From assembly GCA_963768855.1 (NCBI GenBank), contig CAVYJM010000003.1:1-26786 (forward strand): a stretch of DNA of 26,786 nt, written 5' to 3'. Positions 15,437 to 22,735 of this stretch are shown here, piece after piece. The translations under genes were made by a program, and so were the position numbers. The DNA comes from an uncultured Thermoplasmata archaeon (lineage in GTDB: Archaea; Thermoplasmatota; Thermoplasmata; RBG-16-68-12). Every line of letters starts with the position of its first letter. Positions within the stretch are counted from its first letter, which is position 1. The notes under the pieces are model-generated. The model was not told where the DNA came from, made no database searches, and saw only the letters and a list, made by a program, of their open reading frames with translations.

Positions 15437-16381
15437 CTACGGCTTCGAGACCAGACCTTTGTGATAGGCGAGGGTGCGCTCGATTCCCTCGCGCAGCGAC
15501 GTCCGGGGGACGAAAGTGAGTCCGGCCATCGCTTTCGAGATGTCGGCCCGCGAGTGACGCACGTCCCCGGGGCGGAGCTCCTTGCGCGTCGCCTTCACGG
15601 GGCTCGCGGTGACCTCGGAGAGCAGGCGCGCCACCTCCGCGACCGTCGTCGCGGACCCGGACCCGATGTTGAAGACCTGGCCGGCGACGGGGCGCTCGCC
15701 TGCGAGCTCCATCGCCTCTGCGGCATCTGCGGCATAGAGGAAGTCCCGGGTCTGGTCACCGTCCCCGTAGATCTCGACGCCCTTGCCCGCGGCCACCGCG
15801 GAGCAGAACTTCGCTACGACGCCGGCGTAGGGCGCGTTCGGGTCCTGCCGCGGACCGTAGCTGTTGAACAGCCGCAGGACCACGGTCTCGATCGACTTGA
15901 GCTGGGAGATCTCCTCGCATGCGAACTCCCCGACCATCTTCGTCGTCGCGTACGGGGAGGCGGGCTCGGGCCGCATCGTCTCGACCTTCGGCACGACCTC
16001 GGACGAGCCGTACACCGCGGCGCTCGAGATGAAGACGACGCGCTTCACCCCGGCGTCCACGGACGTCTTCAGCACGTTGAGGGTGCCCTCGACGTTCGTC
16101 CGCCAGTACTCCTCCGGCTTCTCCGTGCTCTCCGGGACCGAAGTCTTCGCAGCGAGGTGGTACACGAGGTCGCGGCCCTCGAGGGCCTTCGCGAGCTGCT
16201 TCGGCTGAAGGATCGAGGCGCGATGGAGGCGAACCTCCTCTTTCGCGGCCTCGAGGTTCCTCAGGGAGCCTGTGGACAGGTCGTCGAAGACGGTGACCTC
16301 GTTGTGCAGGCTCAACCGCTCCACGAGGTGCGACCCGATGAACCCCGCGCCCCCCGTGACGAGGACCTTCTTGTCCTGCAT
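15437..16381 (-). CDS. NAD-dependent nucleotide-sugar epimerase/dehydratase (GalE-like extended SDR), 314 aa
   Basis: GGAGFIG, HLAA, SSAAVYG, YATTK (YxxxK), RLFNSYGPRQ, RDFLY, RPGDVRHS. Confidence 0.95.
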   Translation of the reverse strand: MQDKKVLVTGGAGFIGSHLVERLSLHNEVTVFDDLSTGSLRNLEAAKEEVRLHRASILQPKQLAKALEGRDLVYHLAAKTSVPESTEKPEEYWRTNVEGTLNVLKTSVDAGVKRVVFISSAAVYGSSEVVPKVETMRPEPASPYATTKMVGEFACEEISQLKSIETVVLRLFNSYGPRQDPNAPYAGVVAKFCSAVAAGKGVEIYGDGDQTRDFLYAADAAEAMELAGERPVAGQVFNIGSGSATTVAEVARLLSEVTASPVKATRKELRPGDVRHSRADISKAMAGLTFVPRTSLREGIERTLAYHKGLVSKP

Positions 16382-16408
16382 GGGCCCGCGACGGACGGGA
16401 GCGGACGC

Positions 16409-16420
16409 GCTTAAGCGTTC
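16409..16420 (-). promoter_or_regulatory. BRE-TATA element GAACGCTTAAGC, overlapping the TAA stop of the DinB gene
   Basis: 28 nt upstream of the epimerase ATG; identical to 7158-7169. Confidence 0.65.
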
Positions 16421-16968
16421 CGGTGACGCGACGTTCGAGAACTGGCGGGCCCTCCCTTCCGGGCGAGGTCCTCGAGCGCCCAGTTCGTCGACAGCCACGT
16501 CATCTCCGGCGGCCGCAGGTCATCCTGCCAGAGCATCGCGATGATCTCCCCCGTGTGGTGGGCCTGCTCCAACGTCACCTGCATGAGGGCGTCCGCCACG
16601 GTGCACGCCTTGGGCTGCCATTCCGCCCTCACGATCCTGCCGAGCTCGCGGTCCGTCAGCCCCTTCATGTACGCATCGATCTTCGTCCAAGTCTTCTCCA
16701 GCGACTCGCGGACCTCCTCCATCGACTCGAGGGACGACCAGGTCCGACGCATCATGGTGGGATCGGCGAGGTCCCCCTGGACGACGTAGTTCAGCCAGGC
16801 GTCGTACACGCGGAGGATGTGGTTGAACGTGCCCGCGATCGAGTGCCATCCGGCCTCCCGCTCCCGGGACACGACCTTCCACGGGAGCCGTTCGAGCTTC
16901 TTGCAGTAGACCTCGAGGACGCGCCGGTTGTAGGCCAGGATCCGGCGGTAGTCATCGGCGGTGACCAT
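16411..16968 (-). CDS. DinB/YfiT-superfamily protein (185 aa)
   Basis: YNRRV...SIAGTFNHIL...W, and EQAHHTGEI in the place of the usual HxxHHxGQ. Confidence 0.85.
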   Translation of the reverse strand: MVTADDYRRILAYNRRVLEVYCKKLERLPWKVVSREREAGWHSIAGTFNHILRVYDAWLNYVVQGDLADPTMMRRTWSSLESMEEVRESLEKTWTKIDAYMKGLTDRELGRIVRAEWQPKACTVADALMQVTLEQAHHTGEIIAMLWQDDLRPPEMTWLSTNWALEDLARKGGPASSRTSRHRNA

Positions 16969-17083
16969 GCGGACAGCATTCCGCCGGCGGCCTTCAGCTT
17001 GCCGCCTTCGTGTCGCGGCTCCGCGAGGACGCCATCCGAGCGGTGCGGCAGGGGTACTTCTTCGCCCCGGTGAGATTCTTCCC

Positions 17084-17101
17084 GGGGGCTTTAAGTCCCC
17101 C
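17084..17101 (+). promoter_or_regulatory. TATA-like CTTTAAG flanked by G5/C5 arms
   Basis: GGGGG-CTTTAAGT-CCCCC; about 28 nt upstream of the ATG at 17123. Confidence 0.5.
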
Positions 17102-17122
17102 AAGGTCGAGCGCCCTCCTGCC

Positions 17123-18109
17123 ATGGCGTCCTCGCCCCCGCCCTCGAACCGCCGCCTCATCCTGTACTTCGTCCTCCTCGCGGCGCTCCTCCCGGAGGCG
17201 ATCACGGGATCCACCCCGCCGCAGGGCTGGCTCAACCCGATCCAGGCCCTGCTGAACGTCTGGCTGTACGGCACGGGCGTCCTGGTGGTCCGCGAGGTCT
17301 CCCTGCGCTGGAAGGCGGGCTGGCCCGGGATTCTGCTCCTCGGCATGGCCTACGGGATCGTCGAGGAGGGCCTCGCCGTCACCACGTTCTTCAACCCGAC
17401 CCTCCCCCAGCTCGGGACGCTCGGATGGTACGGCCGCGACCTCGGCGTGAACTGGCTCTGGGCGGTGTGGCTCACCACGTTCCACGCGATCGTCTCCATC
17501 GCGATTCCCATCTTCCTGATCGAGTGGCACTGGCCCGCCCTGAAGGGGAAGGCGATCCTCTCGCACCGTGGCCTCTATGCCACGATCGCCCTGCTCGGCC
17601 TCGCGGCCCTCACGATCAACGCCCTCGTGCACGCCGCGAATCCGTACCAGGAAGCCGGGCCCGAGTATGTGGCGGCCTTCGTCGCCATCGCGCTGCTGGC
17701 CTACGCGGCGAAACGCTGGGCGGCGGCGTGGTGGAACCGCGTCCCCGTGACCGGCCCCGCCTACACCGTTCGGGCCTGCTTCGTCGTCGGCTTCGCCTTC
17801 ATCGGCGCGTCGTTCCTGGTCTACGCCGGCGGCCCGGCCCTCGGGGGTCTCCCCGGGATCTCCCTCGCCGAGGGGCTGCTCGTCGCCTTCCTCGCGCTCC
17901 TCGTGATGCGCCGGGTCGTGGGCCGGCCCGGTTCCGAGGTCCGGGTCTTCGCCTTCGCAGCCGGCGTGATCGGTTTCTTTTGCGTCTTCGATCTCATCCT
18001 CGTGCCGGGCAATCCGCTCATGGTCATCCCACCCGTCGCCTTCGGCTACTTGCTCGTGCGCCTGTGGCGGGAGCGCCCAATTTCGCTCGCCGCGGCCGCG
18101 CATGCCTAG
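17123..18109 (+). CDS. Hypothetical polytopic membrane protein with intramembrane Glu/His motifs (328 aa)
   Basis: About 9 hydrophobic segments; LPE, VRE, YGIVEEGL, FHA. Confidence 0.75.
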   Translation: MASSPPPSNRRLILYFVLLAALLPEAITGSTPPQGWLNPIQALLNVWLYGTGVLVVREVSLRWKAGWPGILLLGMAYGIVEEGLAVTTFFNPTLPQLGTLGWYGRDLGVNWLWAVWLTTFHAIVSIAIPIFLIEWHWPALKGKAILSHRGLYATIALLGLAALTINALVHAANPYQEAGPEYVAAFVAIALLAYAAKRWAAAWWNRVPVTGPAYTVRACFVVGFAFIGASFLVYAGGPALGGLPGISLAEGLLVAFLALLVMRRVVGRPGSEVRVFAFAAGVIGFFCVFDLILVPGNPLMVIPPVAFGYLLVRLWRERPISLAAAAHA

Positions 18110-18249
18110 GGACCCGCCGGTCCCCGCTCCGACGAGGCTCGACGGAAGGGAGTCGTTTTCCTTTCGGCCACCCTAAACGCGATAATTCACGCAAACGATA
18201 CTGCGGCAGAAACGGCTAAATCAGGGTGCTTCAACTCGTCCTTCCATTC

Positions 18250-19839
18250 ATGGTCGAGCCCGCGGACTGGTACTCCCTGATCTCGGTCTCCACCTCGGCC
18301 GTCGCCCTGGGCCTCGCCGCCTACGTCCTCAAGAAGATCCCCAACCGCCGCGCGGGCGACACGTTCGTCCTCGCCATGACCTTCTTCCTCCTCGCCGCCG
18401 TCTCCGCGTACCTCCTCCGGATCTCCGATCCCTGGGGCGAGGACACGTCCCTCGTCCTGGCCCACATGTTCTACTTCTTCCACATGCTCGCGGTCGGGTT
18501 CACGGCCGCGTTCGTCGGCTCGTACTTCTACGGCTTCAAGGTCATGGGTCGGCGGGCCGTGGTCCTGTTCCTCCAGATCTCGCTCTTCGCGTCCGCATTC
18601 GTGGTCTCGACCCTCGTGACGGCGGTGGAATCCTATCCGGGATACGGCGTCGTGGTTGACAGCGCGAACGCGACCCTGGCCCTCGCCGTACTGGCCACGG
18701 CCTTCATGAGCACGGCCCTGGGCGTCCTCGCCCGCACGCTCTACGTGAACAAGGATCCGATCGTCCGGAAACAGGCGCTCGTCATGACCCTCGGCATCCT
18801 GGCCCACGGCGCTGGGGCGGAGTCGTATGCGTACCTGAGGATCGGGCTCGACTCGTATCCGCCACCGTTCCTCACGATCACCGCGCTCGCGATGGCCGCC
18901 ACGTTCGGCCTTGCGGTCCTCCGGTACAAGATGTTCGTCGTTACGCCGCGCAAGGAAGCATCCCTGGATCTTCCCGTGAAGTTCCCGATCCGGGCCGGGC
19001 ACGCCTACGTCGTCGAGGAGGCGGCTCCCGAGCTTCTCCTGCGAGCCTTCGACGAGGCCGTCCACCGCGGCGAGAGCGGCCTCCTCGTGACCCGACGCAA
19101 CCCCACCGCGGTCCGCGAGGACACGGGATTGGCCGAGACGCCCGTCCTCTGGCTCACGGACACGCCGGGACTGAACCGCGTCGCCCCGGGAAACCCGGCG
19201 ATGCTCGAGCGGCTCGTCGAGTCGTTCGTGGAGAAGGCTCCCTCGGCGGTCGTCGGGCTCGACGGCTTCGAGTCTCTCGCGCGCGAGGCCGGCACCGAGC
19301 GCGCGATCCAGTGCGTGCAGCGGATGAAGGACCAGATCCTGTCCGCAGGGGGCGCGTTCCTCGTGAGCGTGGCGGGAATGGCGCTCGGCGCGGAGAGCAT
19401 CTCGTTCTTCGAGCGAGAGTTCGAGCGTCTCCCCGTGCCGGAGCCCGCCGCCGCGACGATCGAGGATCTGTTCGTCATCGAGGCGAACACGGGCATCCTC
19501 CTGGCACGGAGGGCCCGGCCGACGAGCGAGGAGCTCGACGCGGACCTCATGGCCGGCATGCTTACTGCGATCATGGACTTCGCGAAGGCCTCCTTCGCCC
19601 GGGGCAACGACCAATTGCGGGATCTCACCCTCGGGGAACGGAAGGTGGCCCTCGAGCGCGGATCGCGGATGATCGTGGCCGCGGTCTTCCATGGGCGCGA
19701 CCCGCCCGATGTGCACTCGGAGATGCGGGCCTTCGTGATTCGAGCGGAGACGGCCTATGGCCCCACGCTCGCGAAGTGGAGCGGCGACATGACGGAGATG
19801 CGCGGCCTCGAGGTCATGGCGGGGCGGCTGTTCCTCTAG
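18250..19839 (+). CDS. 7TM sensor (HisKA_7TM-like), DUF835 and longin/roadblock-like fusion protein (529 aa; alternative GTG start at 18226)
   Basis: 7 hydrophobic helices ending VLRYKMF. DUF835 pattern LLVTRRNP...VLWLT...VVGLDGFESL (~18980-19425). C-terminal IEDLFVI...G.LL...DADLMAGMLTAIMDF...ERG...KWSGD (~19455-19836). Confidence 0.82.
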   Translation: MVEPADWYSLISVSTSAVALGLAAYVLKKIPNRRAGDTFVLAMTFFLLAAVSAYLLRISDPWGEDTSLVLAHMFYFFHMLAVGFTAAFVGSYFYGFKVMGRRAVVLFLQISLFASAFVVSTLVTAVESYPGYGVVVDSANATLALAVLATAFMSTALGVLARTLYVNKDPIVRKQALVMTLGILAHGAGAESYAYLRIGLDSYPPPFLTITALAMAATFGLAVLRYKMFVVTPRKEASLDLPVKFPIRAGHAYVVEEAAPELLLRAFDEAVHRGESGLLVTRRNPTAVREDTGLAETPVLWLTDTPGLNRVAPGNPAMLERLVESFVEKAPSAVVGLDGFESLAREAGTERAIQCVQRMKDQILSAGGAFLVSVAGMALGAESISFFEREFERLPVPEPAAATIEDLFVIEANTGILLARRARPTSEELDADLMAGMLTAIMDFAKASFARGNDQLRDLTLGERKVALERGSRMIVAAVFHGRDPPDVHSEMRAFVIRAETAYGPTLAKWSGDMTEMRGLEVMAGRLFL

Positions 19840-20347
19840 ACGCCCGCGAGGGCACGAGCCGACCGTCGCGGAGGAACTGCCGGAGGACGGCCCATTTGTA
19901 CAGGCCGTAGTACCACGCGACGGCGATGAGGATGGCCCCGCCGACGATCTCGCCGAACTGGACGTACGGGTCCGTGAGCAGGATCTGAAAGTATCCCTCG
20001 AAGCTCTGGTCGCCCGGGGGGAACGCGGTCCCCAGGAGAGGCCACAGGGCCACGACGGGCTGCTGCCAGATCAGGTCCACGAGGAGATGCACGGCGTCCC
20101 CGAAGCCGACCCACCGCAGGTTCTTGAGCGCGGGCGCGAGGCTCGCGGCGAGGAGGGCCGCGAGGAAGAGGAGCGAGTGGGCCCAAAGTCGTGCCTCGAG
20201 GTGGAGGATCGCGCCCAGAGGTTTGTCGATCAGATCCGGGAGGATGGAGCCGAGGAGGACGAATCGAAAATCAAGCCCGGCACGGATGCGATAGGACACG
20301 GCCCAAGCGAAGGCCAAGCCAATCCCGAGCTCCCCGAGCGTGAACAT
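19814..20347 (-). CDS. YdjM/DUF457-like membrane-bound metal-dependent hydrolase (177 aa)
   Basis: GSILPDLIDKP, WAHSLLF, VHLLVD. Its 3' end overlaps the convergent 7TM gene by 26 nt. Confidence 0.82.
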   Translation of the reverse strand: MFTLGELGIGLAFAWAVSYRIRAGLDFRFVLLGSILPDLIDKPLGAILHLEARLWAHSLLFLAALLAASLAPALKNLRWVGFGDAVHLLVDLIWQQPVVALWPLLGTAFPPGDQSFEGYFQILLTDPYVQFGEIVGGAILIAVAWYYGLYKWAVLRQFLRDGRLVPSRASRGTAAPP

Positions 20348-20396
20348 TCGTCGTGGGTCGAAGCGTCGCGCGGAGATGACGATTGCGGTCCGCGCA

Positions 20397-20409
20397 GAAG
20401 GCTTAATCC
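20397..20409 (+). promoter_or_regulatory. BRE-TATA element GAAGGCTTAATCC
   Basis: 30 nt upstream of the ATG at 20439; GGAGGAGG SD at ~20426-20433. Confidence 0.55.
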
Positions 20410-20438
20410 CAGCGCGCCATACAGCGGAGGAGGGACGC

Positions 20439-21536
20439 ATGGGACGGCCGGTTCTCCGCCTCGCGACTCGCATCAACCGCCGCACGCGGTGGACCGCGTG
20501 GGCCATCGCGTTCGCCTGCATGGTCCTCGTCGGCTCCTTGAGCCTCGTCGATGGCTTGTCCGCGGGGGTCGATTCCGTCACCGCGCGGTTCTCGACGGGC
20601 CCCACCGTGTATCTCCATGGCGACGACCTGCTCACGAGCTCGATCGATGCGAATTCCCTCGTCGCCCCCCTTGCGGACTATGCGGTCCTCCGCGTGCATC
20701 GGGGCACGCTCTCGCTCAACGGCACGTCCCTCCCTGTCGTCGTGGCCTCGCTGACCCAGGTCCACGCCGGCAACGCGAGCGATCCCTTCCCGAGAGGCGC
20801 GCAGGACGTCGCGATCGACTCGGGCCTGCGGGCGCAGATCGTCGCGACGAGCGGCCCTCTCGGCCCGACCGTCAACTTGACCCTCTTCGGCCTCCCGCCC
20901 CAGGCCCTCGCGGTGGCTCCCGCTCCCGCTGCCCGTCCGGCCTTCCTCCCGGACACGTGGGCGTGGGTGCGGTCCGAGTTCCTCCTGGCGTTGGACCCGG
21001 CCCAGGGCGGACCCGTCCAGGCCGTGGTCACGCCCGCCCCGCTGGACCCGACGCTCGCGGCGCGGCTCGGCCTCAGCCCGCTGCAGACCGTCGGCGCGAT
21101 CGGCTTCACCCGGGCGAGCATCTCCGAGGCTCGCTCCGTCCTCCTGAGTCTCGCGCCCGTCCTCGCCGTGGTCATCGGCCTCCTCGTGTTCAGCGCGATG
21201 GGACTTGAAGTCGCTCAGCGGCGGGAGGAGATCCGGACCCTGCGCAGCCTCGGGGCCGCCCCTGCGACGGTCGTCGCGGTGTACGAAGGCCAGGCGCTGT
21301 TGCTCGCGATCCTCGGAGCGACCCTGGGCTCCGCGCTCGGGATCGTCGTCGCGCACGCGGTCGTTTCCTTCGCGCCTCTGGCCGGACTGCCCAACCTGGT
21401 CCTCCTCGGTCCCCCGCTCGTCCCCGTGGCCCTGGCGTACGGCCTCGCGCTCGCCGCGGCGTGCCTCGCCGGACTCGGGCCTGCCCTCCGTGCGATGCGC
21501 CTGGCCCGCGGGACGCCGGAGGTGAGACCGTCCTGA
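20439..21536 (+). CDS. FtsX/LolC-type (type VII ABC) permease 1 (365 aa)
   Basis: TM1, extracellular domain, then QRREEIRTLRSLGA and three TMs ending GPALRAMR. Confidence 0.88.
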   Translation: MGRPVLRLATRINRRTRWTAWAIAFACMVLVGSLSLVDGLSAGVDSVTARFSTGPTVYLHGDDLLTSSIDANSLVAPLADYAVLRVHRGTLSLNGTSLPVVVASLTQVHAGNASDPFPRGAQDVAIDSGLRAQIVATSGPLGPTVNLTLFGLPPQALAVAPAPAARPAFLPDTWAWVRSEFLLALDPAQGGPVQAVVTPAPLDPTLAARLGLSPLQTVGAIGFTRASISEARSVLLSLAPVLAVVIGLLVFSAMGLEVAQRREEIRTLRSLGAAPATVVAVYEGQALLLAILGATLGSALGIVVAHAVVSFAPLAGLPNLVLLGPPLVPVALAYGLALAAACLAGLGPALRAMRLARGTPEVRPS

Positions 21537-22735
21537 CGAACCGCCGCGCGTTCGCGGGCCTCCTGCTGTGCGCGTTCCTCCTCGGGCTCACGTGGCCCCT
21601 GCTGTCGGCGCTGCCGGCCGTGCCCAATGCGGTGCTCGGAGGGAACGTGTACGTGATCACGCAGGGGACGGGTGCCTACTCGATCAACGACAGCCTTGTG
21701 CAGAACCTCTCCGCCCAGGGGTGGGCCCGCACGGTGAGCCCGGAGATCTTCTCCCTGGGCACGCTCTTCGGCTTGCCCGTCGTCGTCCGCGGCGTCGACC
21801 CCGTCGCGTTCCTGCGCATCGAGGGCGCGACGGCGCCACCGCCCGGGTCGCTGTCCCTCTCGTGGGCCCTCGCGGGCTCCGGTCTCGAGGACCGCGCCGG
21901 CCTGGCCTCGGGGGAAGAGCTGACTCTGGTGGGGTCGTCGATCTCGCGGCTGGGCGTGGTCCCGCTCGCCGGTGTGTTCCGCACCGCGACCGCGGCGAAC
22001 GACGAACTCCTGGTCGACTTCGGCACCGCCCGCTTCCTGACGGGCGTAGGCGCGAACGTCTATCATACGATCCGCGTGCAGACGGACGATCCCTCCGCGC
22101 TGCTCGCGTTCCTCCAGGCGCGGGGCGCGAGCGCCCATGTCACCGGACCGTCCGGCAACGTCGGCGGGGCGAACACCGCGCCGCTCCCGACGGATCCGCG
22201 GATCATCAACCTCTTCCTGCGCTACGGGCTCGGCCCCCTGCCCGGGGACTACGTGGCGGAGGGGATCGCGGAGGCCACGAACTCCGTGCAGGTTGTCGCC
22301 TGGGGGCTCGAGGTCCTCGTCCTGCTCCTGGTGACGATGGGCCTGCATGCGGTCCAGGCGCGCGCGTTCGCGGATCGGGAGGCGACCGTGGGCGTGCTCC
22401 GCGCGCTCGGCGCCCCGAACGGCTGGATGTACCTCCGGGCTCTGCGGGAGACCGTGCCCTTGGCCACCGGGGCAGGGCTCTTGGGATCCCTCTTGGGCTT
22501 CGCGGCCGCCCTCCTCCTTCCCTCCAGCGCTGCGATTGCGGTCTTCGGTCACGCGGTCCGCGTCGCCTTCGACCCGCTCGGCATCCTCCTCGTCGCGGCC
22601 GCGGTCCTCGTCGTCTCGCTCGCCTCGGCGCTCCGGCTCGTGCGGCGGGCGATGCAGGAACGGCCCGCGGAGGCGATTCGCGGGACGCCCGCCCTCACGC
22701 CGCCTCCGTCTCTGGAGGTGGTCCTGCGCGAATGA
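21533..22735 (+). CDS. FtsX/LolE-type permease 2 (400 aa), probable CTG start
   Basis: GGAGGTGA (21518-21525) lies 7 nt before an in-frame CTG that overlaps the upstream stop (CTGA). Motifs DREATVGVLRALGA and RPAEAIRG. Confidence 0.82.
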   Translation: MTNRRAFAGLLLCAFLLGLTWPLLSALPAVPNAVLGGNVYVITQGTGAYSINDSLVQNLSAQGWARTVSPEIFSLGTLFGLPVVVRGVDPVAFLRIEGATAPPPGSLSLSWALAGSGLEDRAGLASGEELTLVGSSISRLGVVPLAGVFRTATAANDELLVDFGTARFLTGVGANVYHTIRVQTDDPSALLAFLQARGASAHVTGPSGNVGGANTAPLPTDPRIINLFLRYGLGPLPGDYVAEGIAEATNSVQVVAWGLEVLVLLLVTMGLHAVQARAFADREATVGVLRALGAPNGWMYLRALRETVPLATGAGLLGSLLGFAAALLLPSSAAIAVFGHAVRVAFDPLGILLVAAAVLVVSLASALRLVRRAMQERPAEAIRGTPALTPPPSLEVVLRE

